Both the position numbers and the translations under genes were made by a program. Below, piece by piece: positions 6,775-13,979 of a stretch of DNA of 14,364 nt. How positions within the stretch are numbered: the stretch's first letter is position 1; each line of letters begins with the position of its first letter. The notes under the pieces are model-generated. The model saw only the letters and a program-made list of their open reading frames with translations. It did not search any database and was not told where the DNA came from. This DNA comes from Gammaproteobacteria bacterium (GTDB taxonomy: Bacteria; Pseudomonadota; Gammaproteobacteria; SZUA-21), in the NCBI GenBank assembly GCA_027021095.1, contig JALUUZ010000135.1, forward strand, positions 1 to 14,364. The letters are read 5' to 3'.

Positions 6775-8748
6775 ATGAAGTTGCTTGGTGTCGATACCGG
6801 TGGAACCTTTACGGACTTTGTGTACTACGATGGCCGGCGGCTGCGCCTGCACAAGACCCTGTCGACGCCGCATGCGCCGGAACAGGCCATCTTACAGGGG
6901 TTGACCGACCTGCAGTTGAACCTCGAAGACCTGGATATCGTGCACGGTTCGACAGTAGTGACCAATGCAGTGCTGGAAAGGAAGGGAGTCAGGACCGTCT
7001 ATATTACCAACCAGGGGTTTGCTGACCTGCTGACCATCGGCCGCCAGGCCCGGCGCCGGTTGTATGCGCTGCAGCCGCAGGCTGACGAGCCGCCGGTCGC
7101 GGCGGAGCTTTGTCTCGAGACCGGGGGCAGGCTGGGCGCAGACGGCAGCGTACTGCAACCGCTCGAGCCACACCAGCTCGATACCCTGCGCCGGCAGGTC
7201 GAGCAGCTGGCGCCGGCTGCCGTGGCGATCAACCTGCTGTTTTCCTATCTCGACGATCGTTTCGAAAGGCAGATCGAAGAAGTGATGCCGGACTCTGTGT
7301 TTGTTTCACGTTCTTCACAGGTACTGGCTGAAATGGGTGAGTATGAGCGTGGCATCGTGACCTGGCTCAATGCCTGGATAGGGCCGTTGGCACAGCAGTA
7401 CCTGCAGCGCCTGGAGCAGCAGGTTGCACCGGCACGCCTGACCGTGATGCAAAGCCATGGCGGCACCATGGCCGCCAGCCAGGCCGGTCGGCATGCGGTC
7501 GGTATGTTGTTGTCCGGCCCGGCCGGCGGCTTGAAAGGCGCCCAGTATATCGCCGGCCTGAGCGGCAGGACGAGACTGCTGACACTGGACATGGGCGGAA
7601 CCTCGACGGATGTCGCGCTGATCGATGGCGACATCAGCCTGACCACCGAGGGTGGTATCGACCGTTACCCGGTCGCGGTGCCGATGGTCGACATGCATAC
7701 CATCGGCGCCGGAGGGGGCTCGATCGCACGGGTCGATGCCGGGGGGCTGCTGCAGGTGGGTCCGGAATCTGCAGGCGCCGCCCCGGGACCTGCCTGCTAT
7801 GGCAGGGGAGGTGAACAGCCGACGGTGACCGATGCCAACCTGGTGCTCGGCCGTATTCCGGCAGACCGGTTTCTTGGTGGACGGATGAGCCTGGACCCGG
7901 CCGCAGCGGAGGCCGCCGTCGGCCGCCTGGCCGCACAGCTTGGTGTCAGCCGCCTGGAGTGTGCCGAGGGTATCGTGCGTGTCGCCAATGAGCACATGAG
8001 TGGTGCATTGCGCAAGATCAGTGTCGAACGCGGCATCGATCCGCGGGGGTTTACACTGGTCTCATTTGGCGGCGCCGGTGGTCTGCATGTGTGTGCACTG
8101 GCGCAATCGCTCGAGATAGGAAAGATACTGATACCCCGCTATGCCGGGGTGTTGTCAGCGCTGGGGATGCTGGTGGCGCCACGTTCGAGGCAGCTGTCAC
8201 GTACGCTCAACACAAGACTTGAAACCGCTGACACCGATACGATCGAGGCGGTGTACGCGGCGCTGATCCGTTCCGGCACAGCAGAACTCCTGGCAGAGGG
8301 CATCGCGCGTGAGGAGCTGCAGATACAGCGGCTCGCGGACCTGCGCTATCTCGGGCAATCTTATTGCCTGACCCTGCCGTGGCAGCAACCGGCGGCGCTG
8401 GCGGACAGTTTTCACCAGGCGCATCAGCAGCGTTATGGGCATGATCTGGATGAGCCGGTCGAGTTGGCGACACTGCGCGTCAGCCTGTTTGCCAGGCCGC
8501 GCCCCTTGGTGCTGGACGAACCTGGCGGGCACGGTATACAGCCACCGTCTTCGTTACCTCCATCGGCAAGCGGAGGCCTTGTACACTACCTGCGGGATCG
8601 GCTTAAACCGGGTGAAAGACTGACAGCACCGGCGCTGGTGATCGAATCGGTGGCGACCACCTATCTGGCCGAGGGCTGGGAGGGCTTTTGCGATGCGGAT
8701 GGCAACCTGTTGCTGCACAGGAAAAGTACCGCGGGATGCGCCGATTGA
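6775..8748 (+). CDS. hyuA: Hydantoinase A / N-methylhydantoinase A / 5-oxoprolinase A-subunit family protein (ATP-dependent). A standalone gene. No partner hyuB-like gene was found in this window.
   Basis: 657 aa. N-terminal MKLLGVDTGGTFTDFV (hydantoinase/oxoprolinase N-terminal domain). Central ASKHA-like glycine-rich motifs (LDMGGTSTDVALI, GAGGGSIARVDAGG). Family-typical length. SD GGTAAG lies 8 nt upstream. Confidence 0.85.
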   Translation: MKLLGVDTGGTFTDFVYYDGRRLRLHKTLSTPHAPEQAILQGLTDLQLNLEDLDIVHGSTVVTNAVLERKGVRTVYITNQGFADLLTIGRQARRRLYALQPQADEPPVAAELCLETGGRLGADGSVLQPLEPHQLDTLRRQVEQLAPAAVAINLLFSYLDDRFERQIEEVMPDSVFVSRSSQVLAEMGEYERGIVTWLNAWIGPLAQQYLQRLEQQVAPARLTVMQSHGGTMAASQAGRHAVGMLLSGPAGGLKGAQYIAGLSGRTRLLTLDMGGTSTDVALIDGDISLTTEGGIDRYPVAVPMVDMHTIGAGGGSIARVDAGGLLQVGPESAGAAPGPACYGRGGEQPTVTDANLVLGRIPADRFLGGRMSLDPAAAEAAVGRLAAQLGVSRLECAEGIVRVANEHMSGALRKISVERGIDPRGFTLVSFGGAGGLHVCALAQSLEIGKILIPRYAGVLSALGMLVAPRSRQLSRTLNTRLETADTDTIEAVYAALIRSGTAELLAEGIAREELQIQRLADLRYLGQSYCLTLPWQQPAALADSFHQAHQQRYGHDLDEPVELATLRVSLFARPRPLVLDEPGGHGIQPPSSLPPSASGGLVHYLRDRLKPGERLTAPALVIESVATTYLAEGWEGFCDADGNLLLHRKSTAGCAD

Positions 8749-8909
8749 GTACAAGCGGAAAAGCCAGGCTGGGCCGGTGTGCCGGGTGAGTGTATCTGTT
8801 AAGATATCGCTAACCAAGTCAGCCCCGATCCGCTATACTTTGCGGACCAAAATAGGAGTATTTTCCCTACAGTTTTAGTGGGAGATTTTTCTCTGGACCC
8901 TTGGCAGTG

Positions 8910-8949
8910 AATACTATAGTATTGCCAGCAATATGATGGTTTTTATAAC
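8910..8949 (+). promoter_or_regulatory. Candidate desaturase promoter (-35 TTGCCA 8922-8927, -10 TATAAC 8944-8949). A perfect 14-bp palindrome AATACTATAGTATT (8910-8923) overlaps the -35.
   Basis: Read directly from sequence. The palindrome is perfect. The region is AT-rich and lies 35-75 nt upstream of the desA ATG. Confidence 0.35.
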
Positions 8950-8983
8950 CCCTTGAAAGATAAAGAAGATATAGGCCCTCCGT

Positions 8984-10192
8984 ATGATAGATTCAATATT
9001 GGACTTTTTGCATAACGGCCTTACTGGTTTCAGTATTGGCGCAATGTTTATTACCGCTTTGATCGCGGTGCAGTTTACGATTTTCTGTGTGACGCTGTTC
9101 CTGCACAGGTGTCAGGCGCACAGAGGCATAGAATTTCATCCTGTGTTGGCCCATATCGTGCGATTCTGGTTATGGATTGCAACCGGGATGATCACCAAAG
9201 AGTGGGTGGCGATTCACCGTAAACACCATGCGACCTGCGAGACCAAGGAGGACCCGCACAGCCCGAAGATCTATGGCATCCGCAAGATTCTGCTCGAAGG
9301 CTCCGAGCTCTATCGCAAGGCCGCCAAAGACCAGGAACTGCTCGAGCGGTACGGCCACGGCACGCCGGACGACTGGATCGAACGCCATGTGTATACCAGG
9401 CATCGTATTCTCGGCGTGATCCTGATGATGTTTGCCAGTATTGCTGCATTCGGTGTCCTCGGTCTGACTTTCTGGGCCTTTATGATGATCTGGATTCCGT
9501 TCTGGGCGGCCGGTATGATCAACGGCACCGCGCACTATGTCGGTTACCGTAATTTCGAGACGCCGGACACCTCGACCAATCTGTATCCGCTGGCGATCTG
9601 GATCGGTGGGGAGGAGCTGCATAACAATCACCATTCCTTTCCGAGTTCGGCGAAGTTTTCGATCAAATGGTGGGAGTTCGATATCGGCTGGTTGTACATC
9701 CGTGTGCTTGGTTTTTTCGGCCTGATCAAGGTCAAGAAGGTCGCGCCCAAGGTCTATATCGATTCCGGCAAGGATTCGATCGATATGGAGACGATCAAGG
9801 CGATCGTCGTCAACCGGGTCAATGTGATGGCCGACTATGCGCGGCAGGTGATTACGCCGATGGTCAAGAAATCATGGCGCGAAATGCCTTCAGCGGCCAA
9901 TTTCAGTGTACGCAAGGTCAAGTCATTGCTGGTACGCGAGCACAGCATGATGGACCCAAGCTCTGAAAAGGCATTGAACGTAGTGCTGAGCGACAACCAG
10001 AGCCTGAAAACCATCTACAATTTCCGCATCCAGCTGCAACAGATCTGGGACCGGGCGGCGGCCAGTCACGAAACACTGGTCCAGGCATTGAAAGACTGGT
10101 GTGTACAGGCCGAGGCAACCGGGATCAAAGCGTTGCAGGACTTTGCACGCAGCCTGCATGGTTATACACGCGCTGTACCGACAAGCGTTTGA
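8984..10192 (+). CDS. desA: Membrane acyl-lipid/acyl-CoA delta-9-type fatty acid desaturase, with a ~150-aa C-terminal extension
   Basis: Three His boxes in canonical spacing (HRCQAHR, HRKHHA, HNNHH). Hydrophobic segments flank them. The overall 402-aa architecture resembles Pseudomonas-type DesA. Confidence 0.85.
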   Translation: MIDSILDFLHNGLTGFSIGAMFITALIAVQFTIFCVTLFLHRCQAHRGIEFHPVLAHIVRFWLWIATGMITKEWVAIHRKHHATCETKEDPHSPKIYGIRKILLEGSELYRKAAKDQELLERYGHGTPDDWIERHVYTRHRILGVILMMFASIAAFGVLGLTFWAFMMIWIPFWAAGMINGTAHYVGYRNFETPDTSTNLYPLAIWIGGEELHNNHHSFPSSAKFSIKWWEFDIGWLYIRVLGFFGLIKVKKVAPKVYIDSGKDSIDMETIKAIVVNRVNVMADYARQVITPMVKKSWREMPSAANFSVRKVKSLLVREHSMMDPSSEKALNVVLSDNQSLKTIYNFRIQLQQIWDRAAASHETLVQALKDWCVQAEATGIKALQDFARSLHGYTRAVPTSV

Positions 10193-10240
10193 TCGCATGC
10201 TGGCGGTTCACGGAGGAACCGTTTGCTATCACCAATAAAA

Positions 10241-10272
10241 AACCCGGCATCGTCATGATGCCGGGTTTTTTT
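10241..10272. terminator. Bidirectional rho-independent terminator shared by desA (+) and rpmG (-)
   Basis: AACCCGGCATC-gtcat-GATGCCGGGTT is a perfect 11-bp stem. It is preceded by A6 and followed by T7, so it can function on either strand. Confidence 0.65.
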
Positions 10273-10295
10273 GTTTGGGCTGCCTTGCGTGTTCG

Positions 10296-10466
10296 TTACT
10301 TGATCTTGGCTTCTTTGTAAGCCACGTGCTTACGGACCACCGGGTCGTATTTCCTGACTTCCATCTTTTCCGGGTGGGTACGCTTGTTTTTACTAGTGGT
10401 ATAGAAGTGCCCGGTTCCGGCAGAAGAAACCAGCCTGATCTTGTCGCGCTTGCTTTTACCAGCCAT
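10296..10466 (-). CDS. rpmG: 50S ribosomal protein L33 (56 aa). Absent from the ORF track because it is under 60 aa.
   Basis: Translation [56 protein letters not shown] is near-identical in pattern to E. coli L33. The SD AGGA is upstream. Confidence 0.9.
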   Translation of the reverse strand: MAGKSKRDKIRLVSSAGTGHFYTTSKNKRTHPEKMEVRKYDPVVRKHVAYKEAKIK

Positions 10467-10511
10467 TGCTCTGTTCCTGTAGTTCGTTGTAAACCTGTGT
10501 GCTCAAAAAGT

Positions 10512-10748
10512 TCAGACCCGGACGCCGCGTTTGCGTATCTCGCTCAGTACCTGGTCGATGCCTTTTTTGTCGATAATCCGTAAGCCTTTTGACGACAGGC
10601 GCAGTTTGACCCATCGCTTTTCGCTTTCGACCCAGATTCGATGGGTCTGCAGATTCGGCAGGAAGCGTCGCTTGGTTTTATTGTTGGCATGTGAGACATT
10701 GTTGCCTGACATCGGACGTTTGCCTGTTACCTGACATACTCTGGACAT
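10512..10748 (-). CDS. rpmB: 50S ribosomal protein L28
   Basis: [34 protein letters not shown]...[14 protein letters not shown] has high identity to E. coli L28. Confidence 0.95.
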   Translation of the reverse strand: MSRVCQVTGKRPMSGNNVSHANNKTKRRFLPNLQTHRIWVESEKRWVKLRLSSKGLRIIDKKGIDQVLSEIRKRGVRV

Positions 10749-10801
10749 TGTACTCGCCTTCTAGTATTTGAATCCTGATACATTATAAAACAAAGCGGGT
10801 G

Positions 10802-10830
10802 ATTTTACCTGCCCATTGTCCGAGATGCAA
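10802..10830 (-). promoter_or_regulatory. Candidate rpmBG promoter on the minus strand: -35 TTGCAT (10830..10825), 17 nt, -10 TAAAAT (10807..10802)
   Basis: Minus-strand sequence TTGCATctcggacaatgggcaggTAAAAT lies about 55 nt upstream of the rpmB ATG. Confidence 0.4.
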
Positions 10831-10927
10831 GCAGCACCATGTAACTCATTGTTTCTTGGTAGATAGCACCTGATCTCATACCTTTTTACTCCATTCATAA
10901 CGAGGCCGCGCAAAGGCATGCCTTCAC

Positions 10928-10966
10928 GCGGTCTCGCTGCGAACAGTAGCGAGCAGTGCGGGCTAG
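10928..10966 (+). repeat. Intergenic repeat copy D (diverged, ~29/39 identity to copy A). It ends in GGGCTAG, whose CTA is the stop codon (minus strand) of the His-rich lipoprotein gene.
   Basis: GCGGTCTCGCTGCGAACAGTAGCGAGCAGTGCGGGCTAG versus ACCGTCTCGCGACGAACGGTGGTGAGCAATGCAGGCTAG. Followed by the palindrome AAGGCATGCCTT hairpin at 10903-10930. Confidence 0.55.
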
Positions 10967-11178
10967 TGGACGTCGGAGTGGACGTCGTCCTCGACGTACT
11001 CCACCGGGCCGTCGACATGGCCATAGTGGTCGTATCCGGAATGATGGCCGGTGTTGTGGCTGTTATGGCCCGAGGAATTGTTGTGACCGTGGCTGCTCCG
11101 GGTTTGCGAATGGCCTTCACATCCGGCCAGGCCGACGCTGGCAGCGGCAATCAGTGAAATCATCAGAATCTTTTTCAT
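10963..11178 (-). CDS. Small secreted His-rich lipoprotein (71 aa). Signal peptide plus lipobox LAGC. The mature ~51 aa contains 13 His and an acidic tail. Putative periplasmic metal-binding protein.
   Basis: MKKILMISLIAAASVGLAGC|EGHSQTRSSHGHNNSSGHNSHNTGHHSGYDHYGHVDGPVEYVEDDVHSDVH. Strong SD AAGGGAGA lies 5 nt upstream of the ATG at 11178. The track's longer 88-aa version starts at an upstream codon that has no SD. The TAG stop is the CTAG end of repeat copy D. Confidence 0.6.
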   Translation of the reverse strand: MKKILMISLIAAASVGLAGCEGHSQTRSSHGHNNSSGHNSHNTGHHSGYDHYGHVDGPVEYVEDDVHSDVH

Positions 11179-11337
11179 TGGTTCTCCCTTTTTTGGTTGG
11201 CTGTTGTAAAAAGTCAATACCTGACTCATCCTGATGATATAGGATGGCGAATTTCAGGGGTGATGTCCATAGAAAATCACCAAATGACTGTGAATCTTAA
11301 CGTACTCTTTGCATTTTTGGTCTTGTATAAAAATTAA

Positions 11338-12012
11338 TCAAAGCAGTCCACGCTCGGCGAACGACACCAACTCACCATCGCCAATCACAAAATGGTCGAG
11401 CACCGAGACATCCACGACTTCCAGGGTGGACTTGAGCGTAACCGTCAAAGTCCGGTCGGCCTGGCTGGGTTCGGGAATGCCCGAAGGGTGGTTGTGTGCC
11501 AGGATAACGGCCGCCGCATTGTGGTGCAGACAGCGTTTGACCAGTTCCCGCGGGTGGACGCTGGCGCCGTTGATCGTGCCGAAAAACATTTTCTCGAAGG
11601 TAATGAGTCGATAGCGGTTGTCGAGAAAGAGACAGGCAAAGATTTCCTGTTCGCAGTCTCTAAGCTCCGCCAGCAGGTAGTCTTTGCAATAGCGCGGATT
11701 GTTCAGTGTGCGCCCACGCTGCAGCTTCTCGCGTTGCTGGCGCAGATTCATCTCCATCACCGCCTGCAACAGCGCATACTTGGCGCTGCCGAGTCCGGGA
11801 ATCCGCCTGAAGTCATTGTATTTGGCCGTCAGGATATTACGCAGCCCGCCATAGCGGGAGAGCAGTTCACGTGCCAGGTCCAGCGCCGATTTGCCCTTGC
11901 TGCCGGTGCCAAGAAGAATCGCCAGCAGTTCCGAATCACTCAATGCGCTGGCACCCAGTGCCAGGAGTTTTTCCCGTGGCCGCTCCTGTTCCGGCCAGTC
12001 TTTGATGCTCAT
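11338..12012 (-). CDS. radC: RadC/YicR-family JAB-domain protein (UPF0758)
   Basis: 224 aa. N-terminal helix-hairpin-helix-like region ([27 protein letters not shown]). C-terminal JAMM motif (HNHPSG...S..D). Shows the conserved gammaproteobacterial synteny: next to rpmBG and divergent from coaBC-dut. Confidence 0.85.
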   Translation of the reverse strand: MSIKDWPEQERPREKLLALGASALSDSELLAILLGTGSKGKSALDLARELLSRYGGLRNILTAKYNDFRRIPGLGSAKYALLQAVMEMNLRQQREKLQRGRTLNNPRYCKDYLLAELRDCEQEIFACLFLDNRYRLITFEKMFFGTINGASVHPRELVKRCLHHNAAAVILAHNHPSGIPEPSQADRTLTVTLKSTLEVVDVSVLDHFVIGDGELVSFAERGLL

Positions 12013-12115
12013 GCAGCAAAGCTAACCTGAGTCGGCGTGGTGCGGCAAGCCTTGCAGCTTGTTGATTCTACGAGTTGCCTGCTGTGTCCGGTTTACGGTG
12101 CCGGCCCCGTCCCCG

Positions 12116-12153
12116 CCGTCTCGCGACGAACGGTGGTGAGAAATGCGGGCTGG
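12116..12153 (+). repeat. Intergenic repeat copy B: CCGTCTCGCGACGAACGGTGGTGAGAAATGCGGGCTGG. It lies 30 nt upstream of the coaBC ATG.
   Basis: 26-nt perfect match to copy A, then 8 of 10 matching. Confidence 0.8.
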
Positions 12154-12183
12154 CGTCGGCATAATATCTGTTACAATCGGCGT

Positions 12184-13410
12184 ATGAAACAGCTGTCTGG
12201 CAAAAGAGTGTTGTTGGGAGTCTGTGGCAGCATTGCAGCCTATAAAAGTGCAGAGCTTGTCAGAGACCTGCGTGATGCCGGTGCCGAAGTCCGGGTAGTG
12301 ATGACCGAGGCCGCGACAGAGTTCATTACGCCATTGACACTGCAGGCATTGTCCGGTCACCCTGTACGTACCGGCTTGGTCGATACCGCCGCAGAGGCGG
12401 CGATGGGACACATCGAACTTGCGCGCTGGCCTGATGCCGTGTTGGTGGCGCCCGCCAGTGCGGATTTCATTGCCCGGCTGGCACAGGGCAGGGCGGATGA
12501 TCTGCTGGCCGCGTTGTGCCTGGCGACACGGGCACCGGTCGCTTTGGCCCCGGCGATGAATGCGGGGATGTGGGAGAATGCAGCAACCCGTGCAAACATC
12601 GATAAGCTGACCCGCCAGGGTGTGGCCTTTTTTGGCCCGGTTTCCGGTGCACTCGCTTGTGGTGAGCAGGGGCCGGGAAGAATGATCGATAATCGAACGA
12701 TTATCGACAAGCTGGCAGCGCTGTTTCCTTCCGCTGCGTTACAGGGGGTTGCAGTGCTGGTTTCCGCCGGGCCGACACGCGAGGCGATCGATCCGGTCAG
12801 GTATCTGAGTAACCGCAGTTCGGGTAAGATGGGTTTCGCGGTTGCCGCCGCCGCGGTCGAGGCCGGTGCGCAGGTGACACTGATCAGCGGCCCGGTTGCG
12901 TTGCCGACCCCGGAACGGGTAAAGAGAGTGGATGTCATCAGTGCTGCGCAGATGTATCGAGCGGTCATGGAGCATGCGCCGGCTCACCAGATATTTGTTG
13001 CGGCGGCGGCAGTGGCTGATTTCGTCCCGCAGGCGTTTGCACAACAGAAACTGAAAAAAGAAAAATTTTCGGCAGAGGACGGATTTGTACTCAGGCTGAA
13101 ACAGAGTCCGGATATCCTTGCCGAACTGGCCGGACGCGAGCAACGGCCTTTTCTGGTTGGTTTTGCAGCAGAGACGGAGTCGGTGGAGCAAAACGGGTGT
13201 GCCAAGCTGCAGCGCAAAAAGCTGGATATGATTGCGATCAACGATGTCAGCGAAGGCCGCGGTTTCGACCGGGATGAAAATGAATTATTGGTCTTGTGGC
13301 CAGGTGGGCGAGCGCGGCTGGAACTGGCCGGCAAGGGCAGGCTGGCACGTGAGCTGATGGGGTTGATCGCTGACAGGTACCGGGAGCACTATGAAAAAAA
13401 TACAACTTAA
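12184..13410 (+). CDS. coaBC: Bifunctional phosphopantothenoylcysteine decarboxylase / phosphopantothenate-cysteine ligase
   Basis: [44 protein letters not shown]... aligns with the E. coli Dfp N-terminus. It is 408 aa from the ATG at 12184. The track's 12037 GTG start would add 49 residues with no homology and would run through a repeat copy. Confidence 0.9.
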   Translation: MKQLSGKRVLLGVCGSIAAYKSAELVRDLRDAGAEVRVVMTEAATEFITPLTLQALSGHPVRTGLVDTAAEAAMGHIELARWPDAVLVAPASADFIARLAQGRADDLLAALCLATRAPVALAPAMNAGMWENAATRANIDKLTRQGVAFFGPVSGALACGEQGPGRMIDNRTIIDKLAALFPSAALQGVAVLVSAGPTREAIDPVRYLSNRSSGKMGFAVAAAAVEAGAQVTLISGPVALPTPERVKRVDVISAAQMYRAVMEHAPAHQIFVAAAAVADFVPQAFAQQKLKKEKFSAEDGFVLRLKQSPDILAELAGREQRPFLVGFAAETESVEQNGCAKLQRKKLDMIAINDVSEGRGFDRDENELLVLWPGGRARLELAGKGRLARELMGLIADRYREHYEKNTT

Positions 13411-13846
13411 GCTGCTGAATGACAAAATCGGCAATGAAATACCCTTGCCGGACTATGCTACCGATGGTTCAGCTGGAATGGATCTGCGTGCCTGCCTGGA
13501 CGGTCCGGTGACGATTGCGCCAGGCGAGACCCGGCTCATTCCCACCGGCATCGCAATCCACCTGGATGACCCGGGTATGGCGGCGACGATCCTGCCGAGG
13601 TCCGGCCTGGGGCACAAGCATGGGATCGTGCTGGGTAACCTGGTCGGCCTGATCGATTCCGACTATCAAGGTGAGCTTTTTATCTCGTGTTGGAATCGTG
13701 GCAAAACGGCATATACTATCGAGGTGGGTGATCGAATTGCGCAACTGGTCATAGTGCCGGTCGTCAGGGCGGAGTTTGAGCTGGTGCAGGCGTTCGATGC
13801 CAGTGCGCGCGGCAGCGGAGGCTTTGGTCACACGGGACGCACTTGA
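13391..13846 (+). CDS. dut: dUTP diphosphatase
   Basis: 151 aa with typical dUTPase motifs ([38 protein letters not shown]). It overlaps the coaBC 3' end by 20 nt, as in E. coli. Confidence 0.92.
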   Translation: MKKIQLKLLNDKIGNEIPLPDYATDGSAGMDLRACLDGPVTIAPGETRLIPTGIAIHLDDPGMAATILPRSGLGHKHGIVLGNLVGLIDSDYQGELFISCWNRGKTAYTIEVGDRIAQLVIVPVVRAEFELVQAFDASARGSGGFGHTGRT

Positions 13847-13875
13847 AGCCAGGTGTTTGCCTGGCCCGGATTTCT
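13847..13875 (+). terminator. Probable dut terminator: GCCAGG-tgtttg-CCTGGC followed by ccggaTTTCTT
   Basis: 6-bp GC stem directly after the TGA, followed by a T-rich tract. It is immediately followed by repeat copy C. Confidence 0.4.
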
Positions 13876-13910
13876 TACCACCGTTCGTCGCGAGACGGAG
13901 CAAGGGTGTG
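13861..13910 (-). repeat. Intergenic repeat copy C (reverse orientation): CACACCCTTGCTCCGTCTCGCGACGAACGGTGGTAAGAAATCCGGGCCAG
   Basis: Includes the CACCCTTGC extension also seen in copy A. Lies immediately after the dut terminator hairpin. Confidence 0.8.
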
Positions 13911-13979
13911 GGCTATCAGTGATGGAGCCTCCAAGGCTTCGCAATGAGACTTTTGGGTTGTCAGCTTTGGTAGGATCGA

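Noticed and set aside
8749-8800. Rho-independent terminator after hyuA (GGCCGG-tgtg-CCGGG)
   Set aside because: The stem is only 4 bp of clean pairing and no T-run follows. It is not convincing as an intrinsic terminator.
11338-12012. RadC-like JAB protein as a marker of a mobile or defence island
   Set aside because: RadC-like genes are common in mobile elements. Here, though, the gene sits in the conserved gammaproteobacterial housekeeping synteny (rpmG-rpmB-yicR // dfp-dut). There is no integrase, repeat-flanked island or compositional shift.
12037-12183. Track's upstream GTG start for coaBC (adds 49 aa)
   Set aside because: The extension has no similarity to Dfp N-termini and runs through repeat copy [14 protein letters not shown] at 12184 aligns with the E. 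coli Dfp N-terminus.
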